A stretch of DNA of 64,000 bases from Chlamydiota bacterium (GCA_022601335.1 JAJACV010000025.1:1-64000), one strand, 5' to 3'. Positions 1 to 9,496 are shown, numbered from the stretch's first letter. The notes: generated from the letters alone by a model not told the origin. A program made the numbers and translations.

Positions 1-956
1 AACAAGGGGCGCATAAACTCGCTTTAAATCAGCCATTGAGAATAAAAACAGTCTATCAATTTGCCCCTTATATAGGCGTACAGTGGAATTTCTCACCCCC
101 TGCTCTTAATAATAAATCCTACACTCTAAACGGAAAAAGTCCTAAAGCGTGGCTTCCTTATGTTGTTTACTCGGGTGATTTTCAATGTTCTAAACAATTT
201 TGGACTCAGTTTAATGCGGGATTGGGATTTCTCTACTTCAGTGGACTTCAGGGAAATTTAGCATACTCAAAAGACAACACTACAAAAATTATCTTCAATA
301 ATGCTCCTTTAAAAGGACGTCTCTCTTACAACAGAACACCTCTTTTTGATTATCTCATTGGCTTTCAATTCAATCATTGGCTCAAACTCGCTCTCTCTTA
401 TCAACACCAAGGGCAAATCAGTATTCAAAGTAAAGCACTTTCAGCTTTTACAATTGGGCTTCCTGCTTCTGAATTTATTCAATTTACCTCAAACTTAAGC
501 CTAGATGCTCTTTTAGCAAAAGTTTATTTTGAGTTCCCCTTTGCCTCTATTTGGAGAAGCCTTTCAATAAATCCTTACCTCGCTTTGGGAGTGGGACCTG
601 GATGGCAAAGTTGGACCAAAGTTAGAGTTGTTGGCATGGATGGAAACACAAGTTTTTCTTCCGCTTCTGTTAATCTTCGACAAAAGACCTCAGCCAATGC
701 GGTTTGGATGTTTGATATTGGATTTCGCCTACAAAGCGCTTATCCCAATAGCCGCTTCTCTGTCCTAATGGGTTGTAAATACAATCAATGGGGACAGGCA
801 AGAAATATCGGAAAAGGCTCACAACTAGGTGATTTAAATAATCCCCCTCCATTTTTCGCTATAAATAACGAATTTGAAGTACAACTTTTAGTCCCTGTTA
901 GGATAAAAACAGTTTATCAATGGGCCCCTTACTTAGGCGTACAATGGTCTTTTTAA
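1..956 (+). CDS. Putative outer-membrane beta-barrel protein, 5' end outside the window; internally repeated domain with a C-terminal aromatic signature
   Basis: The reading frame is open from base 3 to the stop at 956. The same 18-aa motif RIKTVYQ(F/W)APY(I/L)GVQW(N/S)F occurs at the window start (nt 39-92) and at the extreme C-terminus. The protein ends in Phe, like a beta-barrel OMP signal. The body alternates hydrophobic and polar residues and is rich in G/Y/N/S/T. Confidence 0.4.
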   Translation, partial: QGAHKLALNQPLRIKTVYQFAPYIGVQWNFSPPALNNKSYTLNGKSPKAWLPYVVYSGDFQCSKQFWTQFNAGLGFLYFSGLQGNLAYSKDNTTKIIFNNAPLKGRLSYNRTPLFDYLIGFQFNHWLKLALSYQHQGQISIQSKALSAFTIGLPASEFIQFTSNLSLDALLAKVYFEFPFASIWRSLSINPYLALGVGPGWQSWTKVRVVGMDGNTSFSSASVNLRQKTSANAVWMFDIGFRLQSAYPNSRFSVLMGCKYNQWGQARNIGKGSQLGDLNNPPPFFAINNEFEVQLLVPVRIKTVYQWAPYLGVQWSF

Positions 957-1135
957 CACTGTATATTGTCAATAAATCGACTCTGCTTCATTTGAAACAG
1001 AGTTTCGGTTTAGCATGAAATGCGATTTAAGCTCTTAATTTAAAACCATTTATTTTTTTTCAGATCTTTTCTGGAGTTTTAAACTGCTTCCAGATAGAAC
1101 AAGTTTTTAGGGTCTTGATTGAAAGGAGAATCATC

Positions 1136-2371
1136 ATGCAAGCATCTGATCCATGCGACTTGTTCCATAAGTGTTATCAAAAAGAAGGACTCTTCTCTAA
1201 TGTAAGAGAAGGTAAAGACAATTACTATGCGCAGCCTATTTTAGAAGGCCCTCTAGGACCTCATATGACTTTTAATGGGCAAAAAATGATTGTTTGGTCC
1301 ATTAATGACTATTTAGGTTTGGCAGGACATCCTGAACCAACAGCAAGAGCTAAAGAAGTCCTTGAAGCTTTTGGAACAGCCTATCCAATGGGCGCTAGGC
1401 TCATGAGCGGATTTACTCAAAATCACCAGACTTTTGAAGCTAAGTTAGCTAAATTTGCACAAAAAGAATCCGCTCTTTTATTTAACTACGGCTACTTAGG
1501 CGTACTTGGAGTGATTACAAGTATCATGGGACCTAGGGATACGGTCATTATTGATCATGATTCCCATGCATGTATAGTAGATGGAGCTAAATTAGCTACG
1601 ACTCGCCGCAATCAATTTAGAGTCTTCAGACATAATGATATGGATCACTTAGAGAAGATTTTAAAATCGATTAACCAAGATAGAAAGGGCGGCATTTTAA
1701 TTGTCACAGACGGTATTTATGGAATGACCGGTGAAGTGGCTCCTCTTAAAGAAATCTGCGCCTTAAAAGAAAAATACAACGCCCGTCTTCTAGTTGATGA
1801 TGCTCATGGCATAGGTATTATGGGAGCGACAGGTAGAGGTACTGGGGAACATTTGGGAGTTCAAGATAAAATAGATCTTTACTTTTCTACATTTGCTAAA
1901 TGTTTTGCTGGAATTGGTGGATTTGTTGCAGGAGATAAGGAAATTATTGAACATATTACATGGAATGCAAGACCTGTCATTTTCGCTAAAAACTTACCTC
2001 TTATCTACTCAGATTCACTCTCAGCTACTTTAGATGTTATTGAAAGAGAGCCTGAAAGACGTGAAAAGCTGTGGGAAATTGCAACCTATATGCAAAGGCG
2101 ATTCAAAGAAGAGGGCTTTGATATTGGAAATACTACCTCACCTATTACCCCTGTCTTTTTGAGCATTTCGGGACTAGAAGCAATCAAAGACGCAATCCAT
2201 ATACTAAGAGAAGAGTTTCACATTTTTGCATCAGGAGTCATGTACCCCGTGGTACCAAGAGGTGTTTTTCTCTTAAGACTCGTTCCTAGTTGCAGACATA
2301 CTTTCGATGATGTAAATAAGACTATTGAAGCATTTATACAAATTAAAGAAAGAATTATCAAAAAGCACTGA
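1136..2371 (+). CDS. PLP-dependent alpha-oxoamine synthase family enzyme (Kbl/BioF/SPT-like acyl-CoA:amino acid C-acyltransferase)
   Basis: Family motifs NDYLGL, DDAHG and STFAKCFAGIGGF (candidate PLP-lysine) are present, and the C-terminal YPVVPRG resembles the Kbl motif FYPVVPKG. An AAGGAG SD sits 7 nt before the ATG at 1136. The ORF track's TTG at 1115 is less likely the true start. Confidence 0.75.
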   Translation: MQASDPCDLFHKCYQKEGLFSNVREGKDNYYAQPILEGPLGPHMTFNGQKMIVWSINDYLGLAGHPEPTARAKEVLEAFGTAYPMGARLMSGFTQNHQTFEAKLAKFAQKESALLFNYGYLGVLGVITSIMGPRDTVIIDHDSHACIVDGAKLATTRRNQFRVFRHNDMDHLEKILKSINQDRKGGILIVTDGIYGMTGEVAPLKEICALKEKYNARLLVDDAHGIGIMGATGRGTGEHLGVQDKIDLYFSTFAKCFAGIGGFVAGDKEIIEHITWNARPVIFAKNLPLIYSDSLSATLDVIEREPERREKLWEIATYMQRRFKEEGFDIGNTTSPITPVFLSISGLEAIKDAIHILREEFHIFASGVMYPVVPRGVFLLRLVPSCRHTFDDVNKTIEAFIQIKERIIKKH

Positions 2372-3579
2372 TGACAGAAAAATATTCTGCAATTAAAAAT
2401 CTTGAGTGTTCAAGTTGTAATCGAGTCTACCCAGTAAATCAGATTCGGAACACTTGCAACTGTGGACAACCTCTAGTGGTCCGCTATGACCTGGAAGAAG
2501 TGAAACAGCTCACCTCTCCCCAAAATATTCGCTCAAGAGCTCCTAATATGTGGCGCTACCACGAACTTCTACCTGTATCTCAATCAAAACATGTCGTTTC
2601 TCTTGGAGAAGGCTTTTCTCCCCTTCTACCCCTAAAGAATCTAGGGCTCGAGTGTGGACTTTCAAATCTTTTTATTAAGTACGAGGGCTCCAATGTTGGA
2701 GGGACTTTCAAAGCAAGAGGGGCCTCTTGTGGTCTATCAAAAGCAAAAGAGCTTGGCGCAAAAAAAGTAGCCATAGCCACAAACGGAAATGCGGGTGAAG
2801 CATGGGCTATGTACGCGAGTCGAGGAAGTATTCCCATCACAGTCATTATGCCCAAAGATGCACAAAAAATGCCTCAAATTATCTGTAACTCTATGGGAGC
2901 ATCCACCTATCTTATAAACGGAATGATTTCAGATGCGGGTAAATTCATTGAAAAAAACAAACTTGAAGAAGAGTGGTTTGACGTATCAACTCTCAAAGAA
3001 CCTTACCGTTTAGAGGGAAAAAAAACTATCACCTTCGAAATTATTGAACAACTCGGTTGGACTTTTCCTGATGCTGTACTCTTCCCAACAGGAGGAGGTA
3101 TTGCAATTGCAGCTGCCTACAAAGCTTTTTTAGAGCTTCAACAATTGGGATGGGTCAAAGGCAAACTTCCACGCCTGATTGCGGTACAAGCGCAAGGGTG
3201 TGCCCCTCTTGAGCATGCTTTCTTAGCTAAAAGCCCTACGACTGATTTTTTTCACGGTGCACATACAAAGGCAAGCGGTTTGAGAGTGCCTAAGCCTTTT
3301 TGCGACTTTATGGTTCTAGAGGCCATTTACAAAACACAAGGTCTCGCTTTATCTGTCTCAGACGAAGAAATGTTAGAAGGTGTAAGACGTATTGGCCATA
3401 AAGAAGGGCTTTTCTTGTGCCCTGAAGCTGGAGCTTGTATTGCAGCTCTACAAACACTAAAGGAAAGACAACTCATTGAACCTCACGAAAAAATAGTGAT
3501 ACTTGGCAGCGGAAGCGGTCTTAAGTACCAAGATGTTTTTGTACAAAACGAGCTAACTGTTTTAGATGTCTCTGAATAA
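2371..3579 (+). CDS. PLP-dependent fold-type II enzyme, threonine-synthase-like, with an N-terminal Cys-rich zinc-ribbon
   Basis: The GTFKARGAS lysine motif, a TNGNAGEAWAMYA segment and a Gly-rich FPTGGGIAIAAAY loop match the ThrC/threonine-dehydratase superfamily. The N-terminus carries CSSCN...CNCG. Its start overlaps the upstream stop (TGATG). Confidence 0.6.
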   Translation: MTEKYSAIKNLECSSCNRVYPVNQIRNTCNCGQPLVVRYDLEEVKQLTSPQNIRSRAPNMWRYHELLPVSQSKHVVSLGEGFSPLLPLKNLGLECGLSNLFIKYEGSNVGGTFKARGASCGLSKAKELGAKKVAIATNGNAGEAWAMYASRGSIPITVIMPKDAQKMPQIICNSMGASTYLINGMISDAGKFIEKNKLEEEWFDVSTLKEPYRLEGKKTITFEIIEQLGWTFPDAVLFPTGGGIAIAAAYKAFLELQQLGWVKGKLPRLIAVQAQGCAPLEHAFLAKSPTTDFFHGAHTKASGLRVPKPFCDFMVLEAIYKTQGLALSVSDEEMLEGVRRIGHKEGLFLCPEAGACIAALQTLKERQLIEPHEKIVILGSGSGLKYQDVFVQNELTVLDVSE

Positions 3580-4393
3580 ATTTTACAATAATAAAGTTAT
3601 TTGGATTACTGGAGCTTCGGGAGGCTTGGGCAGACAGCTTGCTATTCACTTATCTAAGTACAATGTAAAACTTATCTTATCCGCAAGACAAGACTTGGAG
3701 TTAAAAGAAACAAAAAAAATAGCAAATCTTCCGGATCACCGCTGTTTAATTATTCCTCTAGATTTAACTTTTCTAAAAGAAGATCAAATCTCCATGATTA
3801 CAGATCGCATTTTACTTAAGTTTGATTCCTTAGATATCCTTATTCATAATGCCTCTCTCTCTCAACGCTCATTAGCTCACGAAACTCTCCTGCCTGTTGA
3901 AAGAAAAATCATGGAAACAAACTATTTTGGCCCTGTGCAGTTAACCAAATATACCCTGCCGACACTTTTAAAAAGTCAAGATCCACAAATTATCATTATG
4001 AGTAGCCTCGCCGGAAAATTTGGTATTCCCTTTAGATCTACTTACTCAGCCACAAAACATGCTTTACATGGTTTTTTTGAATCGATGAAGCTCGAGCTTC
4101 ATAAAAAAATTGACATCTCATTTTTTGTACTCAGTGGGATTCAAACGAGCTCAGCAAAACACGCTTTAAACGCGGATGGTAGTTTCAATAATCAAAATGA
4201 TGTTTGGTATGACAAATTAATGCCTGTCGAGAGTTGTGCAAAAATGATTGTAAAAAACATTCCTAAAAAGAAATCTGAAGTCATTATTGGCCCAGCGGGG
4301 CAATTGAGTTTATTTCTTAAGAAACACTTCCCTTTGATACACAAGCATTGTATGCTTAGGTTTTCTAAAAAAGAGATAAATTCAAGATCTTAA
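3566..4393 (+). CDS. Short-chain dehydrogenase/reductase (classical SDR) oxidoreductase
   Basis: TGASGGLGRQLA Rossmann motif, an NAS segment, a catalytic Ser in MSSLAG and YSATK (YxxxK) are all present. It overlaps the upstream gene by 14 nt. Confidence 0.75.
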   Translation: MSLNKFYNNKVIWITGASGGLGRQLAIHLSKYNVKLILSARQDLELKETKKIANLPDHRCLIIPLDLTFLKEDQISMITDRILLKFDSLDILIHNASLSQRSLAHETLLPVERKIMETNYFGPVQLTKYTLPTLLKSQDPQIIIMSSLAGKFGIPFRSTYSATKHALHGFFESMKLELHKKIDISFFVLSGIQTSSAKHALNADGSFNNQNDVWYDKLMPVESCAKMIVKNIPKKKSEVIIGPAGQLSLFLKKHFPLIHKHCMLRFSKKEINSRS

Positions 4394-4409
4394 AAAGGAC
4401 TGTAACTTT

Positions 4410-5054
4410 TTAAGCGCTCTCTTCCGTTTTCGTCTTGACCCATCCAAGAACATTCGCTATCACATAAAGTGTAGAAAACCATAAATAGCCCAAAACAATA
4501 GCAATCATAAAATAATATGAGCCTAACCCTTTCATAAAAGAGGCGGGTTCCATTAAGTAAAAAATGTTTTGATTCAAGGCAAGGTTATAGAGATAAACAG
4601 ATGCACAATAAACTAAGAAGAAACCCGCTGCTGAATAGATAGACCACCTGCTTAGCTTCTTCTTTTTAACATGAAAAAAGTAGATAGGAAGGATAAGTGG
4701 CACAATGTGCTTTACCCAGTAGGTTACCCAAAATAGAGGGGCTGATCTAAGCATTTGAGCATAGGGATTATTTGGCATAAAACAGATAAGAAAACAGCCC
4801 GTCCAAGCGAAAAAAAACGAAACATCAAACAATTTTTGATTGAATTTGAAAAGTAAAAAAAACTGCATGAACACCACTACGTTGCACAACCAGACAACCT
4901 GAGAGGGCTGGTTAATAAATATATGGTAGAGACAAAAGAATTGAGAAACAATGAGAGTTACCCCTAAAAGTTTAAATATTTTCACTTTAGCAAGGGTCAA
5001 TACGAGTAATAATGAAACATATCCAACAACAATGAGAGTATAAATAGGATGCAT
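4410..5054 (-). CDS. Polytopic integral membrane protein of unknown function
   Basis: About six hydrophobic helices rich in F/W/Y; no recognisable catalytic motif. It is convergent with the SDR gene. Confidence 0.4.
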   Translation of the reverse strand: MHPIYTLIVVGYVSLLLVLTLAKVKIFKLLGVTLIVSQFFCLYHIFINQPSQVVWLCNVVVFMQFFLLFKFNQKLFDVSFFFAWTGCFLICFMPNNPYAQMLRSAPLFWVTYWVKHIVPLILPIYFFHVKKKKLSRWSIYSAAGFFLVYCASVYLYNLALNQNIFYLMEPASFMKGLGSYYFMIAIVLGYLWFSTLYVIANVLGWVKTKTEESA

Positions 5055-5096
5055 AATGAGCTCTTGATTTTTACTTAAGGAGTAAGAAATTGAAGC

Positions 5097-5636
5097 TCAA
5101 TTGTCAAGAAAAAAAGGGCCTTTTTGAATCGTGCTCAAAAGTTGCGCCACAACTTCCTTATCCGTTAAAGAAGTAAGATCAAGCGATGCATCAGCGATTT
5201 GTAAGTATTTTTTTTCTCTTATTTGATACATTTTTTCAAAAGAGCTATCGAAGTTGGCTTGATCCAAATAATTAGGAATACGGCCGAGTGAAAGGGCACG
5301 CTTTGTCTGCTCTTTGCTTCGAATAAGATAGATAAACTTTCCGAGCCTTTTGAGATGATGTAGACAATTAGAATTAAGAACCGTTCCCCCTCCAACTGAA
5401 ATTACCGCATTTGCAACATTCAATTTTGAAACAACTTCTTCTTCTATAAGTCTAAATCCATCTTCACCTAAAGCCTCGTGAATTTCATGAATTTTGAGTT
5501 TTTCTGTATATTTTTTGTGATAGGCTTCAATAATCAAATGATCTGTATCAATGAATGGACATTTCAAAATAGAAGCTATTTCTTTTCCAAAGGTAGTCTT
5601 ACCCACACGCTTAAAGCCATAAAGAATAATATTCAT
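5097..5636 (-). CDS. aroK: Shikimate kinase
   Basis: P-loop GFKRVGKTTFGKE followed by DTD and an overall shikimate-kinase layout. The 4-nt overlap with aroA places it last in the aro operon. Confidence 0.85.
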   Translation of the reverse strand: MNIILYGFKRVGKTTFGKEIASILKCPFIDTDHLIIEAYHKKYTEKLKIHEIHEALGEDGFRLIEEEVVSKLNVANAVISVGGGTVLNSNCLHHLKRLGKFIYLIRSKEQTKRALSLGRIPNYLDQANFDSSFEKMYQIREKKYLQIADASLDLTSLTDKEVVAQLLSTIQKGPFFLDN

Positions 5637-6916
5637 TTCACTTTAATTTCAGCTCCTAAATGAGAGAGATGGTCAACAAAAGAGGGATAACTCTTCTTAA
5701 TACAATGTATATTTTGAATGATTGTTGTTCCTTTTGCAAATAGCCCCGCTATTGTAAGAGACATCGCTATACGATGATCATCATGGCTCTCGACAGTTGC
5801 ATCTCTTAGCTCAGATTTTTTTACAATTAAGCCATCAGGAGTCTCTTCTATCTCCGCATTCATTTTCTTGAGTTCTTTGCAAATACAGCTGATACGATCC
5901 GATTCTTTTTTGCGGGCAATAGCTGCATTTTTAATAGTGGTCGTCCCTTCAGCTAAACAGCCAATGACCGCTAAAATAGTAATCGCATCGATATAATCAT
6001 TTACATCTAATTCGCATCCTTTCAAAGGCTGTGTTCCATCTACAAGCATTTCTTTTTTAGTTGCATTGTAGTTAAATGTAGCTCCCATTTTATTAAGAGC
6101 ATCAAAAAACTTTTTGTCTCCTTGAACCTCATCCATATCAATATTTTTTAACGTAAGTGTCGACTTTGTTGCAAAAGCCGCAGCCACAGGAAAAGCGGCC
6201 GATGAGAAGTCCCCTGGCACTACATATTCAAACGGTTGAAGCGTGTTTTTTCCTTTGATTTTGTAATACGAATACCCTTTTTTCTCAAAGGGAATATGCA
6301 TTCTGTCAAACCAGCTAAGTGTTAAATCTATCCACGGTTTTTCGCCTGCTTTTTTAACCGTAATTTCTGTTTCGCCTTCTAAAAAAGCAGCCAACATTAA
6401 AATACCTGAGACGGGTTGTGAATCTTCTCCTTTAACGGTTACTTTTCCAGCACAAGCAGGCCCTTCGATCACAATAGGGGCACAATCATTTTCAAGGACA
6501 CTTTTTGCACTTGCTCCTAACGCGTTTAAAGCGTCCAATAAAGGTTTTACAGGGCGATTAGTCCTGACGGACTCATCTCCCGTTAAAGTTGTCCTGCCAT
6601 GCCCTAAAGCCGCCAGAGCGCCAATAAACCGAAGCACTTGCCCTGAATTACCTGAATCAATATCTCCTTCAGGTGGATTGAAGGTCCCATTCGTTCCCTC
6701 AATTTCAATAAATTCATTGGTATAGGTTATTTTAGCTCCCATCATTTGACAGGCTTTAAGAGCCTGCTCAATATCGGGAGAATCTAAAAGTTTGTATAAG
6801 CGGCTTTTACCTTTTGCTAAAGAGGCAAAGATAATAGATCGAATGGAATGTGATTTTGAAGTAGGTAAATCAATTTCGCCTTGAAGTTTCGAGGGTTGAA
6901 TAATGATTGAAGTCAT
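5633..6916 (-). CDS. aroA: 3-phosphoshikimate 1-carboxyvinyltransferase (EPSP synthase)
   Basis: LPTSKSHSIRS N-terminal motif, 427 aa, the EPSP-synthase fold signature throughout, and overlapping stop/start with its neighbours. Confidence 0.9.
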   Translation of the reverse strand: MTSIIIQPSKLQGEIDLPTSKSHSIRSIIFASLAKGKSRLYKLLDSPDIEQALKACQMMGAKITYTNEFIEIEGTNGTFNPPEGDIDSGNSGQVLRFIGALAALGHGRTTLTGDESVRTNRPVKPLLDALNALGASAKSVLENDCAPIVIEGPACAGKVTVKGEDSQPVSGILMLAAFLEGETEITVKKAGEKPWIDLTLSWFDRMHIPFEKKGYSYYKIKGKNTLQPFEYVVPGDFSSAAFPVAAAFATKSTLTLKNIDMDEVQGDKKFFDALNKMGATFNYNATKKEMLVDGTQPLKGCELDVNDYIDAITILAVIGCLAEGTTTIKNAAIARKKESDRISCICKELKKMNAEIEETPDGLIVKKSELRDATVESHDDHRIAMSLTIAGLFAKGTTIIQNIHCIKKSYPSFVDHLSHLGAEIKVK

Positions 6917-8364
6917 GGCATGTATTTTTTCATAAGTTTGGTCACATCTGAACTAAGCTTTCGAAACCAAAATCGAAGTTGCAGCTCTCCTTGAGCTATC
7001 CAAAAGGTTTTTCCTGTATAGACTCTGCAGCCTTTCTTTTTTGCTGTTTCAATAAGTTTCGTATTACTAAGCACTACATCCAATATTCTTTTTCCAGAAT
7101 ACAAGCATTTTGCTGGTACAAGAGAAGCCTGAGAGCCCTGTCCACCAACGGATGTAGCTTGAACAAGAATATCATAATCCTCTTTTTTCAAACAATTTAA
7201 TGTTTTAAAAGGTAGGCTATTTACTTTAAGAGAGCGAGCGAGTGCTCTCGCTTTTTTCTCAGTTCGATTAATAAAGGTGACATGAGCCCCTGCTTTTTTA
7301 AGAACAAATCCGATTCCTTTAGCTGTCCCTCCAGCGCCTATTATTAATACTTTTTTTTCAGCAACCCCGCCTTCATTAAAAAGATTGAGAGCTGCCATTC
7401 CATCACTGTTCATTGCTTTTACTACTGAGTTAGAGTAATAGAGTGTATTAATAGCAGAAATGCCTTTTTGATTTTTAGGCATATCTTTTACAAATGAAAA
7501 CAGTGATTCTTTAAAAGGGATTGTGACAGAAGCGCCTAAAAAGCCAAGTTCTTTTAAAAGAGGAATCACTTTTTTTATCTTGTTTTTTTCGACTTCCACA
7601 TTCACATAAACGGCATTCATTTTAAGTTCTTTAAATAAGGCATTATAGACCTTATATCCGGGGCTTTGAGAAATAGGATTTCCAATGAGCCCTAAAAGTT
7701 TCGTTTTAGAATTAAGTTTAGAGTAATTATAAAGTTTTTGGAGATCTTTTAAAGTTAACTGCCCCTTGGCTGTTTTCTCCGTGTCATTTAGAGATGCGTA
7801 GGTATAAGGCTGCTTGCATAAAGGTGCTAAAATCCTGGACAGAGTCCCTTTTTCGCCCATGGCAATGCCTATAAAATCAGGATATTTCTTCATGAGTGTC
7901 AGCATCTTGAGAGCGTCTAAAATTGAGTTTGCAGAGGCTGCGATCTTTACTTTCCAAGGACTCTCTTTTTTCATCTTTGAAATCAAAGTACCTAATCGAT
8001 GCGGCATTTTTTGAAGGTAGTGTTTGGAGAGAATAAGCTTTGTTTTGGGAGATTGTTTTTTTAAATAGGCTATTAAAGAAAAATCTTTTTTGAATTCCAG
8101 ATCTAGGTAGTCTGGTTTTAAATCAATAAGCTCTTTTAAGAAAAGATTTCGTTGAGAAGAACTTCTAGTACAAAAACCGCCTTCATTTTTTGTTCTGAGT
8201 GTGAAAAGGGGGGAGAAATTTTGGTTTAAAGATTGCAGCTGCGTGAGTGTAATTGTTGCAAGAGCATCTAGCCTCACCTCAATTAAATCAGCGTCCTTTT
8301 TTGCTAACTTTATTTTTTTTAACAAAGTAGCGTAATTTTTTTCAGCTAAAGAAACAATAATCAT
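6913..8364 (-). CDS. aroE: Bifunctional 3-dehydroquinate dehydratase (type I) / shikimate 5-dehydrogenase fusion
   Basis: The N-terminal half is DHQase-like. The C-terminal half carries the shikimate-DH motifs GLIGNPISQSPGY and GAGGTAKGI (a Rossmann motif). The 483-aa length fits a fusion, as seen in Chlamydiae. Confidence 0.8.
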   Translation of the reverse strand: MIIVSLAEKNYATLLKKIKLAKKDADLIEVRLDALATITLTQLQSLNQNFSPLFTLRTKNEGGFCTRSSSQRNLFLKELIDLKPDYLDLEFKKDFSLIAYLKKQSPKTKLILSKHYLQKMPHRLGTLISKMKKESPWKVKIAASANSILDALKMLTLMKKYPDFIGIAMGEKGTLSRILAPLCKQPYTYASLNDTEKTAKGQLTLKDLQKLYNYSKLNSKTKLLGLIGNPISQSPGYKVYNALFKELKMNAVYVNVEVEKNKIKKVIPLLKELGFLGASVTIPFKESLFSFVKDMPKNQKGISAINTLYYSNSVVKAMNSDGMAALNLFNEGGVAEKKVLIIGAGGTAKGIGFVLKKAGAHVTFINRTEKKARALARSLKVNSLPFKTLNCLKKEDYDILVQATSVGGQGSQASLVPAKCLYSGKRILDVVLSNTKLIETAKKKGCRVYTGKTFWIAQGELQLRFWFRKLSSDVTKLMKKYMP

Positions 8365-9440
8365 AGTTCACGAATAAAGTGAAGAGCATTTAAAACAATT
8401 TCTTGCTCAACACTTGTACAATATTCTCCATCGAAAGGTAATGCTTGTCCAATAGAATCAATAAGAACAAAACGCGCCTCTTGATTCTTTGATTTTTTAT
8501 CTAAAGCCATATATTCATAGACTTCCTTGATATCAAAGTTTCGTTTTTCAAGAAAGGGCTTTAAAACTTTGACAACTCTATCAAAATGCGTTTTTTTAAG
8601 TAAACTAATCTCTAGCGCCATATAACTTTCTGCAATAACTCCAAAGGCTACAGCGCATCCATGAGGCATTTCATATTTAAAAAACTTTTCTAATGCATGG
8701 CCCACGGTATGACCAAAGTTTAAGATTCGACGCATTCCTTCCTTTTCTTCAAAATCCTCTGCAACTACTTTGAGTTTGATTTCACAGGCTTTTTTAACAA
8801 TTTCTTTTAAAGAGTGTCCCACTTTAAAAAGGCTCTCCCCTAAGAGCTCTATTTGATGAAACAAATCTTCATCACATGTCAAAGCTACTTTAATCACCTC
8901 AACAAGTCCTTCTCCAAGGGATTTAGGGGGGAGAGACTGGAGAAAATCAAAATCAATAATGAGTGTTTGTGGAAGATAAAAAGTCCCTATTAAGTTTTTT
9001 CCATAAGGTGTATTTACTCCTGTTTTCCCTCCGATACTCGCATCAACCATAGCTAAAAGTGATGTGGGCATTAAAACTAAAGGAATTCCCCTGCAATAGG
9101 TAGAGGCTATAAATCCAGCTAAATCTGTTGTAACACCACCACCGAGGCCTATTAAGGTCGTGTCTCGACCGAGTCCTTTTGCTTGCATTTGATCTTCTAG
9201 ACTCTCTTTAACGGATCGACTCTTTGAAGCCTCGCCTTCTGGAAAGGTCAATAAAAAAACTTCTTTGGCTGCTTTTTGAAGAACACCTTGCAGTTTTTTT
9301 CCATAAAGTTCCGCTACATAGTTATCTGCCAGCAAAACAACGGTATTTGTCTTACAAGCGTCTTCAAGGATTCTTGACTCAGTTAAGTCTTCACCCATGA
9401 TAATAGAGGTGTTTTGAAAGGTCATTAGATGTGTTTTCAT
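8361..9440 (-). CDS. aroB: 3-dehydroquinate synthase
   Basis: GGGVTTDLAGFIAS and GGKTGVN motifs; 359 aa. Confidence 0.9.
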   Translation of the reverse strand: MKTHLMTFQNTSIIMGEDLTESRILEDACKTNTVVLLADNYVAELYGKKLQGVLQKAAKEVFLLTFPEGEASKSRSVKESLEDQMQAKGLGRDTTLIGLGGGVTTDLAGFIASTYCRGIPLVLMPTSLLAMVDASIGGKTGVNTPYGKNLIGTFYLPQTLIIDFDFLQSLPPKSLGEGLVEVIKVALTCDEDLFHQIELLGESLFKVGHSLKEIVKKACEIKLKVVAEDFEEKEGMRRILNFGHTVGHALEKFFKYEMPHGCAVAFGVIAESYMALEISLLKKTHFDRVVKVLKPFLEKRNFDIKEVYEYMALDKKSKNQEARFVLIDSIGQALPFDGEYCTSVEQEIVLNALHFIREL

Positions 9441-9496
9441 ATCTTAAAAGAAATACTTTAGATCTCAAATAAATACAATAACTAAGTCGTTTTTTG

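Noticed and set aside
670-852. Short antisense ORFs nested inside confidently assigned genes, for example 670-852, 2580-2855, 5478-5663, 6979-7200, 7814-8014, 11922-12107, 12541-12723, 15318-15533, 15611-15838, 17890-18123, 19205-19522, 21318-21813, 28263-28511, 28914-29207, 29576-29776, 29952-30260, 31365-31707, 32001-32186, 32651-33019, 35158-35400, 39548-39739, 41270-41527, 41683-41916, 42898-43782, 44291-44611, 47950-48183, 48850-49074, 51456-51638, 51860-53367, 54288-54512 and 57497-57679
   Set aside because: All lie antisense to, or out of frame within, genes with strong family signatures. They have low-complexity, stop-poor AT-rich compositions and no RBS. They are treated as spurious.
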